Made by a program: the position numbers and the translations under genes. 64,000 nt of DNA. It comes from Octopus vulgaris (taxonomy: Eukaryota). A model generated the notes under the pieces. That model made no database searches, was not told where the DNA came from, and saw only the letters and a program-made list of their open reading frames with translations. How positions within the stretch are numbered: the stretch's first letter is position 1; every line of letters begins with the position of its first letter. The stretch covers positions 16,988,001 through 17,052,000 of the forward strand of contig OX597833.1 of assembly GCA_951406725.2 (NCBI GenBank), read 5' to 3'. Below, in pieces: positions 26,788 to 41,117 of the stretch.

Positions 26788-28097
26788 CAAAAATAACCTG
26801 CTGATGTCGAAATTCCAATGAAGGAACCTTGGATTTAGGTTAGAAACCGTCTCTTTCATTATTGACAAGAAATCTTGAAATAAAACTGAATGATGACATA
26901 CCTGCGTACATACATGGTGGCTGCCCCCTCGTTATCGAGTATGGTCATTGCACGAAGCTTAATCAATGATGTTATCGTGCAATGCCTGTGCAAGAAGATT
27001 TTTTTTTTTTTAGGGAGGAAAGGCTGTGCACTGTGTCAATCCCACTCACTAAGCAACAGCAGCCATAATCCGAAAAGAAGAACAAGTCAACATCATCGGT
27101 AACCACTGAGCCGCAGGTTTTATATCGGAGGTACCTGAGTTACCTTCTCCTAGAAGGATGCCCTAACAAAGGCATACATATAATCCTCTTGTTAAGTGAG
27201 TCGAATGAAACACGTCTGTTCATTTTACCAGTCGGTTTATGTCTACAGTTTTATTATCATTTGTTTTGGCATAAAACGTCATAATTTTCCTTCCTTGTCT
27301 GACGTAATCAGATATGACACTGTCTCACAAAATGTTATAAACAGAAAGAATTTCGCTAGAGACCGAATGAGGACTTCTTTTTAAATGGTTCCCTTTCAAG
27401 TGAAGGGTTTCGACCTTTAAGAAGAACTATTCTATCAACCTTCGGTTTTTTTTCTGAAAACATCACAAAGGAATCACACACAAGCTTCAAAATGGATTCC
27501 CTCAAAAGAGGAGGCTACGCAATGCTTATTGAATATTTAGTGGAAAGTCCTACATATTATTTTCCATTTAAAGGTTTGACTGCAATGGAAACAGCTTCGG
27601 TGATCTTCGTTTATCTCGTTTATTTCGCTTTGCTTGTTGCTTTAGTAAGATTAGGATTTCGATCGCTCTTGTTTCTGGCCTTACTTTTGCTGCTCGATTC
27701 CTGCTTGGAGTTTGCTGAGAGTTCAGTATGTCCTTCAATGCCGGTTACATACTTTGCATATTTTACACAATTCCATACAGAAAAAGAGGAAAATCGGATG
27801 TGCTACGTACTGGAATATATTAACTGTAGAATATCAGTAAAACGTATTCTCAAATGGACCATGGCTCAGTGTGAAGATTTTGAAATAAAAAATAGACTGT
27901 TGTCAGCTATAGATTCGATCTGAAAGAATAAATTTAAAGATAAAGTGAACTACCGCTAAAATAATTATTTATAAATGACAATATATTGATTCGTCTATAT
28001 TTGTAAGTATGGTGTAGATATATTTCTATACGCTCAAACATACTTAAGTACATACACACACGCAGAAACTCTCACACACACATATATATTTACATAT

Positions 28098-28150
<53 letters not shown>

Positions 28151-28336
28151 ATATATATGGGTATATATACATATTTATATATACATACATATATATATAC
28201 ACATATATATAGATATATATATATATACAAAATAAGAAAATGGAGAAATACATCCAAATCAATTATCAACTAACAGATAATACCCAATCACATTTACAAC
28301 CCCTATCTCAATTTGTATATATATATATACACTCAC

Positions 28337-28573
28337 GTGGAGGCACATGGCCTACTGGTTAGAGCAGCGGACTCGCGGTCGAGGGACGGCGGGTTCGATT
28401 CTCAGACCGGGCGATGTGTGTATTTGAGCGAAAAACCTAAGCTCCACGCGGTTCCGGCAGAAGGTAATGTCGAACTTCTGCTGACTTGGCGTCCCGTCCA
28501 ATTGGGGAGCCTATACGCCAAGGAAACCGGGAAACCGGCCCTTATGAGCCAGGCATGGCTCAAGAAGGAACAA

Positions 28574-28575
<2 letters not shown>
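28337..28575 (+). mobile_element. tRNA-derived SINE (family C relative; tail gaaaccgggaaaccggcccttatgagcc)
   Basis: A-box tggcctactgg and B-box ggttcgattc; same tail as 44952-45200. Confidence 0.85.
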
Positions 28576-28641
<66 letters not shown>

Positions 28642-28671
28642 ACATATATATATAATGTGTATATATATATA

Positions 28672-28742
<71 letters not shown>

Positions 28743-28747
<5 letters not shown>

Positions 28748-28860
28748 ACACCATGTAATCTTCGTTGACCAATAGCAGTCTGTCTTCCGGTAGCCATCTT
28801 GTACTTCCCGCATCTTTCCATTCGGTAATCTAATGCCTGGGAAAGATGGCCTTCCGTGTT
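28743..28860. promoter_or_regulatory. Candidate promoter motif cluster
   Basis: CCAAT 28769-28773, ETS cttccgg 28784-28790, YY1 gccatcttg 28793-28801, E2F-like ttcccgc 28805-28811, YY1 aagatggc 28843-28850. Confidence 0.45.
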
Positions 28861-28979
28861 CTATGAAATTTTAAGTCGTATGGAACTGAATCAAATTGTA
28901 TTGAATAATTCATCTAACCCTTATTAAATATGCTGTTGAATGTCCTTTTCTTTCTTTTCTCTACTCATTCTCATTTATA

Positions 28980-29520
28980 TGAGAGGTATGACCACTATGT
29001 TGACAACCCTTATGCTAGAAGTAGATCCGCTATGGTCTTACCACTAAGAAATGCTCTCAAAAAAATTTAGCAAACACTGGGGTCGATATAATGGAATTAT
29101 TCCGTTTCTCTGTCCTTATTTGTCCCTTCTGTGTGTAGCCACTTGTGGGCAGTAAAGAAATAAGAACCGACTGCCTCGCTCCCCATAAATAAGAATCGAC
29201 TGGCCCGCTCCCCATAATTTCAGGCCTTATGCCTGCCTAGAGTAGAAAAGAATATATAATTAGACTAAATACTATTTTTGGTACTTTCCATTTGTCTTAC
29301 TCGCTTAGGTTCGGGTGTTTGCTCATTTTTTTTGTGAACATTTCGTAGTGGTAAGACCATAGTGGATCTATTTCTATCACAAGGGTTGTCCACATACTGG
29401 TCATCCCTCTCATATGTATGTAATACTATTTTCTGAACCTTCAGATTTTAATATGCTAGTCCATTGGTTTTAAATTGATGTTAATCAAATTAGTATCCAA
29501 TTTGTCATCCTCATTTTAAA
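28980..29520 (-). mobile_element. Foldback element with an asymmetric extension, interrupted by a SINE A fragment
   Basis: Reverse-complement homolog of 47969-48325. Confidence 0.75.
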
Positions 29521-29533
29521 TTTAAATTTATAT

Positions 29534-29929
29534 ACTCTTTTACCCTTTTACTAGTTTCAGTCATTTGACTGCGGCCATGCTGGAGCACCGCCTTTAGTCG
29601 AGCAAATCGACCCGGGACTTATACTTTGTAAGCCCAATACTTATTCTACCGTTCTCTTTTGCCGAACCGCTAAGTGACGGGGACGTAAACACACCAGCAT
29701 CGGTTGTCAAGCAATGCTAGAGGGACGAACACAGACACACAAACACATGCACATATATACGTATACATATATACGACAGGCTTCTTTCAGTTTCTGTCTA
29801 CCAAATCCACTCACAAGGCTTTGGTCGGTCCGAGGCTATAGCAGAAGACACTTGCCCAAGATGCCACGCAGTGGAACTGAACCCGGAACCATGTGGTTGG
29901 TTAGCAAACTACTTACCACACAGCCACTC

Positions 29930-29931
<2 letters not shown>
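29534..29931 (-). mobile_element. SINE family B
   Basis: Homology to other family B copies. Confidence 0.9.
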
Positions 29932-29987
<56 letters not shown>

Positions 29988-30502
29988 GAGAGAAAGGGAC
30001 AACAAAAACTAAGGCGGGACTAGTATCTCAAATCATTTATAATATTTATAATATTCTTTTCTCCGTCTCAAATCACTGTGTCTGGAGTCCTATGCTTGCA
30101 TTTTACTGAGGTTTTCACTGGAACATTCCACCATATTATGAGTGGCTGTAGCCGCTACCATACTGAAAAGAGCTGTTTGTTTCTTTACATCTCTGTAAAT
30201 TAGCAGTCTGGTGAAAAGGGACCGATAGTGTAAATACCAGACGTTAAGTAAACGCATAAGTTCTGGGGTTGCTTTGTTTAACTAAAACCCTTCAAGGCGG
30301 TGCCCCAACATAGTTGCAAGTCCAGTGACTGAAACAAGGAATAGGTACAAGATATACTTACATGATAATCACTCGTAATCTGATAAGTTATGTTTATCCA
30401 GATTATACAAAGCAGTGCCAATAAGCGATCACATGGTCTCGTGCTTAAAGACATGATAAATTGTGAGATATGAGCAAACTTATGTCACATGACATACATT
30501 TG

Positions 30503-30556
<54 letters not shown>

Positions 30557-31736
30557 GAGAGAAAGGGACATTTAGCATTCAAACAAACCACATCCGGTCC
30601 TGTATTCTTCCTGTTTTATGTTACGACTGTCAAGATGTGGCCTCTCACTCCAACCCTTCAATTTCATTCAAAAAATATACAATGTAGGCGTAGGAGTGGT
30701 AGTGTGGTAAGTAGCTTACTTACCAACCACATGGTGAGTGAATTTGGTAGACGGAAACTGAAAGAAGCCTGTCGTATATGTATGTGTGTGTGTGCTTGTG
30801 TGTCTGTGTTTGTCCCTCCCCACACACACACACACCATCGCATGACAACCGATGTCGGTGCTTTTACGTCCCCGTAACTTAGCGGTCCGGCAAAAGAGAC
30901 CGATAGAATAAGTACTAGGTTTACAAAGAATAAAGCCTGGTGGGGGTCGATTTATTTGACTAAAAGCGATGCTCCAGCATGGCCGCAGTGAAATGACTGA
31001 AACAAATACAAGTGGAAAAAACGTAATCCCATTATAGAATCTCAAAGCTACAAGATATACTTACAGGATAATCACTTGTAATCTGATAAGTTATGTTTAT
31101 TCAGATTATACAAAGCAGTGCCAATAAAGGACTAAACACATGCGATCTATTTATTAAGCGACAAAATTTGTAACTTTATTGTTAAATTTTTCAATTCTAT
31201 ATGTAAGAGAGGAAGAATTATGTTACAATATCCCGAGTTGCCAACGAGTAGATTTGAAATTACATATAACTTGCTGGTCAAGCCTGTATGCTACACTGTT
31301 TTTTATTGCCTTAGGATTTGTCCATTCAGTGCTTTTTTTCCAAAAGTTTCCGCGCAATTTATGTGCCCCGTACATATTCCTCACGAGACTTGCTTTTTGA
31401 CTTTCTTCGAAACTTATTTCAATAAATCAATGTAGCTATGATATTGTTGCTTGCATTTCTTTCAGTTTTAAGATTTTCCTGATGGATGTCACTTCATATA
31501 TTACTGCTTGTGCACTACAACACATATTTATGGGGCAAATGTTTTGTCCTTTACACTTGTATGATGTCGATTGTTCCTTGGTGTTTTTTTATAGCGTTTT
31601 CATATCGGCGATCGAGGTGTAACCTTGCTTGATGTTTTGCGCATTGAAAACATTCCTGTAATCATGGTTTATTTGTTAGTGTTAAGAAGTATTTTTCCAT
31701 GTTGACGGTAGTAAAAAGAAGCTTGTGAACCATATA

Positions 31737-33028
31737 CGAGGGGCGTTCAATAAGTAATGCCCCTGACCCACTTCCCATAGCAGTAAAGCAACGAATCTTG
31801 GCACAGTTATTAGTCTTTTTCTACATAGGAACCACCCAGAGTTACACATTTCTCCCATTGTTTGATGCAGCTCTAGAAACCGATTTTTTAGAAGACCCCA
31901 GCTTGGTCCTCCAACCGCGACGTGACTTCAGAAATCAAGGCTGCATCATCTGGGAAACGCTTTCCTTTCAAAAACAACTTCGTGGCTGGGAAGAGATGAA
32001 AATCAGAGGGTGCAAGGTCAGAAGAGTAGGGAGATGGGGGAGGAGTTCATAGCCGCACGCCTGTGCTTCTGATCTGGCGACACGCGAGTTGTGGACCGGA
32101 GCGTTGTTCTGCAGGAGGAGGATGCCTTTGCTGATCTTGCCCCGCCTCTTGATTTTGATAGCTTCTCTTAATTTCCTCAAAAGTGAAGCATAATAGGCTC
32201 CTGTAATTGTGGTACCCTTTGCCAGGAAATCTGTCATCACTACTCCGTCCTGGTCCCAGAAGACTGTGAGCATGACCTTGCCAGCGGAGGGCAGCACCCT
32301 TGCCTTCTTTGGAGGAGGTGAGTCACGGTGCTTCCACTGCATTGACTGGGCTTTGGTCTCTGGATCATTGTGATGGACCTAGGTTTCATCCTGTGTAATC
32401 AGTCTTTTGAAAAATGTTGACTCATCGTCTTGGCACATCTCCAAATTCATCCTCGAGCACTCGACGCGTTCTTGCTTCTGGAAAGGTGTGAGCAACCTGG
32501 GAATCCATCTGGCAGACACCTTTTGCATATGCAAATGGTCATGAATGATAGTTTCCACAGACCCGGTACTAATCTTGACCTCATGGACTATTTGACGAAT
32601 AGTTATGCGTCGATCTTCCAAAATGACAGCCTCAACTTGACGGCCAGATGTCTCATCAATGGCAGAAGGGGGGCGACCAGATCTGGGAGCTGTTTCCACT
32701 GAGTTCCGACCATGTTTGAATTCACGATGCCAGCGTTTTATAAGGTCATATGATGGGGCATCATCACCATAAATTACTTTCATTTCATCAAAAGTCTCCC
32801 GTGGTGTGCGTCATTTCAAATACAAAAACCAGATCACTGCTCGACACTCAACAGGCTCCATTTCACACTTGACTCAGTTCAAACACTTGTAAATCAGAAA
32901 CCACAATTGGTTCAGAGCTGTAATTTGCCACCTCATCTATAGAGGTATAAATAATTGTACATGCAAAATTTTAGCTAGATCAAACAACTGCAAGTGGGTC
33001 AGAGGCATTACTTATTGAACGTCCCTCG
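31737..33028 (-). mobile_element. Full-length (1292 bp) mariner transposon with TA TSD
   Basis: TIRs cgaggggcgttcaataagtaatgcccctgacccactt / aagtgggtcagaggcattacttattgaacgtccctcg. Confidence 0.97.
31810..32861 (-). pseudogene. Mariner DD34D transposase, inactivated
   Basis: MEPVECRAVI..., WIPRLL, ITQDET*, KVMLTVFWD, LLQNNAPVH (catalytic D to N), DLAPSDFHLF. Two stops and a frameshift. Confidence 0.93.
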
Positions 33029-33216
33029 TATTACGGTGTTACATTTGGTTAAGCTGTTGCGTGGTGTTTCGTATGTGAATTTCCCTTTGAATCGGTAAAC
33101 TTCCATGAAGCTATTTGTAATGGGGTTTGCGTTATCAAATATAACCCTTGTGAATGACATTCTCCGGTTAATATTATCTGAGACTTTGAACTTATAATCA
33201 ATATGACAAGTTTAAT

Positions 33217-33608
33217 CTTTTTATTCTTTTACTTGTTTCAGTCATTCGACTGCAGCCATGCTGGAGCACCGCTTTGAAGGAATTCTAATCGAAGAAATCA
33301 ACCCGAGGACTTATTTTTAAGCCTAGAACTTATTCCCTCAGTCTGTTTTGCTGAACCGCTAAGTTACGGGGACGTAAACACACCAACACTGGTTGTCAAG
33401 CGGTGATGGGGGACAAACACACACAAAGACACACATATACATATATGACGGGATTCCTTCAGTTTCCGTCAACCAAATCCACTCACAAGATTTTGGTCAG
33501 TCTGATGCTATAGTGGAAGACAGTTGCCCAAGGTGCTACGCAGTGGGAGTGAACCTGGAACCATGCTTTGGGGAAGCAAGCTTCTAATCACATAACCACG
33601 GCCGCGCC
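33217..33608 (-). mobile_element. SINE family B (older copy)
   Basis: Homology to other family B copies. Confidence 0.85.
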
Positions 33609-34494
33609 TGTGGAAGTTGATGGTTAAGTTCACGGTTACAGCTAAAATATCTATAATAGTATTGTTGGCCGTGATAGACATAAAGTGCTAAATGTTTGTA
33701 ACAGATCTTTTTTCGAAGTGTTATTTGTAGGTTTCGTCTCACCCGATATAGCTAATCCATCGTTACTGTATAATCCGATAGCTATGGATGAGAATTTGCT
33801 TTTTAGTTAAGCGTCTCTAATATGTATAGCTAGTAGTGCCGTATAACTGCGTCACACCACATGGTCGCATACTTTTAAGCCTTACTTACGTGTGTTCTTA
33901 TATCAATAGTACCTAATGGATTTTGCGTATCAGGATAAACTTTGTGATTTGCTACTTTGTCTCTAAAATTACTTGAAGTTTTAGTGTTATTATTTGGGGT
34001 TATTTTTACGAGATTTTTTTTTATATTAGAGTTTTCAAATAGATTCGGTGTTTTATTTATCGAAATATTTGTACTTTTAGGATAAAAAGCTATTATAATT
34101 TGTGAAAAAATGCTTCTTTATTAATACTTTGAAGTATTGCCTGAACAGAAAATAAGATCCGCATCTCTTCAGGCACATATGTATATCAAAGAACTACGTG
34201 AACACGAAATCTGAGATTATGGAGAAATATAAGCACTTCGAAAAGTATTTTCTGTGCCATTTCTGATATTTTTAACATCACCTTTGATATAATGTTGATG
34301 TTGGGGGTGATGTTGGATTTGGGGATAATGATGACTTAAACAGTTCAGAATTTGCATGACAACCGGGAATATAAAACTCAGAACTAGAATATTTGTACTT
34401 TTAGGATAAAAAGCTATTATAATTTGAAACTCTCTTTTATTTATGTATTTTTTTCAATGTTAGCTACACTGAAGTCCTTGCATTTCACAGTTTT

Positions 34495-34554
<60 letters not shown>

Positions 34555-35334
34555 ATGGCAGTTCGAATGAAATTAGCTATTGTGTAGACCTAAAGGGATG
34601 ACAGTGGCAACAAATTACCAATACCTAACGAATAGTGTGCGAGGAATCGTCGGAAAAAATACACACACTGATGAAGACACAGATGGCAAATTATTTTGTT
34701 TGTTCATTAATGTTGAAACCTAGGTACATAGGTAACTATTGGAATGTTTTTATGTTTCATCCCCTTCGAAATTACTCTTATCCGTGGTTTGGGCTTTAAC
34801 TGTTCTTTTCAGCATGCAAGGTGTCCTGTTAGGCTCACCTATTTTGTGTATAGAAATGTACACTAATTATATATATATATACATACATATATACACGTAA
34901 CAATATAGATACATACATACATACATACATACATACATACATACATACATACATACATACATACGTATGGGAGTATTGTTTACAAAGAATATAGGTCAAG
35001 GATGGCATAGGAACTAAGAAGCTTGGTTTCGGATACTGCAAGCATCATGTTCGAAGCACTAAATCGTTTTCGACATCCGGTTTCAACTGACTTGTCATTT
35101 GCACTTGGCATATGTCATCCGTTCTATGACAGTTTCAAAGAAAAGTGATCAAGAAAATATGTCGGTCTATATGACGTCATAAGTTTTGTCAATTTCGCCG
35201 TGCAGAACAGGATAAACATATGGCGAACGCATTGGTGTTATGAATGTTTGTTATGAATATATTGATGATGTGCCTTGGAAAAATATGTTGATATAAAAAT
35301 GTATAGAATTCATTAACAGTCAATAGCTTAGACC

Positions 35335-35725
35335 TACATATATACATACATACATACATACATACATACATACATACATACATACATACATACATGCATA
35401 CATACATACATACATACATACATACATACATACATACATAAATACATACATACATACATGCATACATAAATACATACATACATACATACATACATACATA
35501 CATACATACATACATACATGCATGCATACATACATGCATGCATGCATACATACATACATACATAAATACATATCATACATACATGCATACATAAATACAT
35601 ACATACATACATACATTCATACATACATACATACATACACACATACATACATACATACATACATGCATACATACATACATATATACATACATACATACAT
35701 TCATACATACATACATACATACATA
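35335..35725. repeat. (TACA)n microsatellite
   Basis: Direct reading. Confidence 0.95.
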
Positions 35726-35760
35726 TATCTATGTTTATGTATATATGTATATATGTTTAT

Positions 35761-35938
35761 AGGCGCAGGAGTGGGTGTGTGGTAAGTAGCTTGCTTACCA
35801 ACCACATGTTTCTGGGTTAAGTACCACTGCACGGCAACTTAGGCAAGTGTCTTCAGCTACAGCCTCAGGCCGACCAAAACTTTGTGAATGGATTTTGTAG
35901 TCAGAAACCGAAAGAAGCCCGTCGTATATACATACATG

Positions 35939-36004
<66 letters not shown>

Positions 36005-36530
36005 CATATATATATTGAGGTTTTTCACGCTAGCTACTGATAATTTCTTATAAAGATTTTATCCTCAATTGTAAATATATATATATATGTATATATATGT
36101 GTGTGTGTGTATAAACATGCATGCTTGCAGGAATGGTTGTGTGTTAAGAAGCTTGTTTCCCAACCACATGGTTGTGGGTTCAGTCCCAGTGCATGGAACT
36201 TTGGGCAAGTGTCTTCAGCTACAGCCTCAGTCCGACCAAAACTTTGTGAGTGGACTTTGTAGTCAGAAACCGAAAGAAGCCTGTCGTATATATGTATTTA
36301 TATATATATACGTATGTGTATATGTTTGTGTGTCCCTGTTTGTCCCCCAACAACGCTTGAAAACCGATGATGGTGTGTTTACGTCCCCGTAACTTAGCGG
36401 CTCGGCAATATAGACCGATAGAATAAGTACTAAAATTTACAAAGAATAAGTCCTGGAGTCGATTTGCTCGACTAAAGGCGGTGCTCCAGCATGGCCGCAG
36501 TCAAATGACTGAAACAAGTAAAAGAGTAAA
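35761..36530 (+). mobile_element. SINE family B: a 5' half followed by a near-full copy
   Basis: Homology; the two copies share variants (cagctacagcctcag), suggesting local duplication. Confidence 0.85.
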
Positions 36531-36564
36531 AGTGTATATATGTGTGTGTGTGTGTGTGTGTATG

Positions 36565-37076
<512 letters not shown>

Positions 37077-37264
37077 GTGGAGAGTGAGAGACAACAGATG
37101 AGATCTTCAGATTTCCAATATAGAAAGTGGTGCTCAAATGATTTGAACTTACAGTCCGAAGTATTTAACAGAGACCAAGACCGCGGGGTAAAGAGTGTCT
37201 ATAAGGTGAGCAGATATGAAGACAATTATACAAATAAACAACTAAAACTGACTGGGTTTCATAT

Positions 37265-37316
<52 letters not shown>

Positions 37317-37466
37317 CATAGAAAGAGAAAGAGAAAACGATTGAAATTTTTCAGACGATGAATATTCAAGTATTATATATATATAAGAGAGTAAACTTGA
37401 GTACAAGCAACAAAGAAACTTGAATAGGGAAAAGTATGGTGTTTACTCGCATAATCCCTCCTCTCG

Positions 37467-37532
<66 letters not shown>

Positions 37533-37922
37533 ATGTATATATGCTGCTGCTGAGACCCGCCTGCTTTGATCATGACTGACCATGGGATTGCACCTAGAAA
37601 TTTATCTTCCCATGCATGCCGACCTTCCCACTCCATGCCACTGATGTTATTCCAAGGGAAAGGCAAAGGGGCCGATACAGCTTGGCACCAGTCACGTCGC
37701 AACTCATTTCTACAGCTGAGTGAACTGGATCAACGTGAAAAAAAGTGTCTTGCTCAAGAACAAAACACGCAGCCCGGTCCGAGATTCGAACTCACTACCT
37801 CATATTTATATATATATATACACACGCATACACACACACGCATATATATTGATAGATAAATAGAGAGAGAGAGATACAGGCACACTAACTGATTGATAGA
37901 TAGATTTATACCTACATACATG

Positions 37923-37974
<52 letters not shown>

Positions 37975-38059
37975 GACTTACACACACACACATATATATA
38001 TATACTTACATATATACATATATAAATAAATCGGAATAATAAATATATAAATTAATGAA

Positions 38060-38090
<31 letters not shown>

Positions 38091-38405
38091 CAAGGTGCGA
38101 AACATTACAAGATATTTGTGACATGATTTAAACAGTGGAACCTTCTTCGCGAGACTAAAGAATTTAAAAAATTTCGTGATTTTATATGGTAATTCTTCAC
38201 AGATAAACTTTACAAGATAATTTCACAGCTTTATATGTAACAATGGTTTAGACTTAAACTCATACAAATGCTACTCTTACCATAACAAAGAATTTAATAT
38301 GGTATGATTGTATAATGGCAATCAATGACTTATCTCATAATTCGTTATGTGCAATAGAAATTGTATTAGTTTAAAAGAGCCAACTGTGTATCATACTCAG
38401 TTAAA

Positions 38406-38825
38406 TACTCTTTACTCTTTACTCTTTTACTTGTTTCAGTCATTTGACTGCGGCCATGCTGGAGCACCGCCTTTAGTCGAGCAAATCGACCCCGGGACTT
38501 ATTCTTTATAAGCCCAGTACTTATTCTATCGGTCTCTTTTGCCGAACCGCTAAGTGACGGGGACGTAAACACACCAGCATCGGTTGTCAAGCAATGCTAG
38601 AGGGACAAACACAGACACACAAATATATACATACACATACATACATATATATTCATATATACGACAGGCTTCTTTCAGTTTCCGTCTACCAAATCCACTC
38701 ACAAGGCATTGGTCGGCCCGAGGCTATAGTAGAAGATACTCGCCCAAGATGCCACGCAGTGGGACTGAACCCAGAACCATGTGGCTGGTAGGCAAGCTAC
38801 TTACCACACAGCCACTCCTGCGCCT
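38406..38825 (-). mobile_element. SINE family B, full length
   Basis: Homology to other family B copies. Confidence 0.92.
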
Positions 38826-39532
38826 ACATCGGGAAAAGGTAAATCAAATTAGCTGTGGTGTTCGTTCGCGGATATTATCTTTTATGGGTGTAGTATTTTT
38901 AAAAGCACATATATAATAATAACAGACGGAAATTGTCAAACAACAGCAGTGAGTCTGCTAAACTGCCATTTCTGTCTCGTTGAGCTTCGTCAGTTGTATA
39001 TACCCACGGCCAACCGAATACCATGAAAGACCCGTTGCTACTAATATAAAAAATGTAATGGTTGAAAAAAAATCACTGATGTTGTAATTAGTCGCCCTGC
39101 TGAATAAAAATCATTTGTGTGCAACAGAAGCGCTATTAGATTAAAATAGCAATCCGTGTACTACATTGATAGAAATACATCACGAAAGGCAAATTAGCTG
39201 CGGTATTCGTCTGGAGATATTACCTCTTATGAACGTACTGTATTTAAAGGCATAAATATATCAGTAGCAGACGAAATTCCTCCGACTGCGGAGGTAAAAA
39301 TGATAGATATGTATATCTGCTTCCTTGAACACTGTCAATAGCATGAGCCCACTGCCAACCGCAAGCTAATTCAAAGTCAGTCACTAACGATATAAGAAAA
39401 CAGTGATTGAAAAATCACCAGCACCCTTTCTCTGATAGCGTTAAGTTTTGTAATGTTTAAGTACCATCTCACTTAGCAAGAGAACCAATTTTACACAAGC
39501 TAGACGATTAAACAGCTGCTACTAAAGAGGAA

Positions 39533-39568
<36 letters not shown>

Positions 39569-39950
39569 CAGTGTACATTTAAACACATAAGAGGTATCCA
39601 TCATAGTATTCCTTGCACGCTAGAGAGGACAGTTAAATTCCAAATCACTATTAGGGATAAAATTTCGAAGGGAATGAAAAATAAAAACATTTACTATCTA
39701 ACTCCTGGATCAATGGTTTCAGACTTTTTTTTTAGCAAATGAAATATATTTAAGGTGTACCTGCTGAAGAAGACTTCGCCTATTTGTTAAAAAAAAGTCT
39801 GAAACCATTGGTCCAGGAGTTAGATGGTAAATGTTTTTTTTTCATTCCCTTCGAAATTTTATCCCTAATAGTGGTTTGGAATTTAACTGTCCTCTCTATT
39901 GTGTAGGTAGTCCTATGATAGATGCTTCTTATGTGTTTAAATGTACACTG
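39569..39950. mobile_element. Tc1-type foldback MITE (~170-bp arms)
   Basis: TA|cagtgtacatttaaacacataaga ... tcttatgtgtttaaatgtacactg|TA. A partial arm copy lies at 40990-41045. Confidence 0.88.
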
Positions 39951-40079
39951 TATTTATATGAATAATTTTAACACGCTAGGCCACTGGTAATGGAAATTTC
40001 AAATATTTCTGATTACCCTTTGAAATTATCAATTATATAAATACATGCATACATACATACATACATACATACATACATG

Positions 40080-40525
<446 letters not shown>

Positions 40526-40697
40526 TCAATAAGGCATTTGCCGGTCCTGGGTTGAAGCAAAAGACACTCGCCCAACGTGCCGTGTAGTGGAACTGAACCC
40601 GAAACCACAAACCAGTACTATATAATTCAACCTGTCTTTCATTCTAAGACAGAAACATGCAGCTTGTAACCGGTCAGATGGAAAATAAATTTTCTCT

Positions 40698-40758
<61 letters not shown>

Positions 40759-41066
40759 ACTCAAATAGTTACTGTCTTGGGTTAGATACAGATGACTAGG
40801 AGTGGGCAGTAAACTAAAGAAAGAAGCGAAATGAGAGCAGAGAGAGAGGTGACGTAATAAATCGAGAGTATCTTTTATTTCTTTTGCTGGTGTCTCAAAT
40901 TTAGGTTAAATCAGTGTTTCTCAAAGGGGTGGCCTGTGAGACAGTCTCACAAGTTGCTCTGAGAAAATTTGGTTTAAATGTTTGACAACTTGCTAAAAAA
41001 AGCCTGAAACCATTGGTCCAGGAGTTAGATGGTAAATGTTTTTATGATTAGACAGGGGGCGTTTTG

Positions 41067-41117
<51 letters not shown>

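Larger units (their letters stand above)
31200..34140 (-). pseudogene. Highly degenerate Penelope-like element (RT + C-terminal GIY-YIG), split by a mariner and a SINE B
   Basis: Minus-strand motifs IGLYSNDGLAI (33747-33779; cf. GLYRDDGL), IWFT next to the mariner, VFNAQNIKQGYTS, and YKCKGQNICPINMCCSAQAVIYEV (31490-31561). Confidence 0.65.

Noticed and set aside
25992-26868. Long ORFs (up to 250 aa, MYVC/HTYI repeats)
   Set aside because: Translations of the (TACA)n microsatellite.
27492-27923. 143-aa hydrophobic ORF as a membrane protein gene
   Set aside because: No recognisable family or splice context; probably the antisense shadow of an A-rich decayed element.
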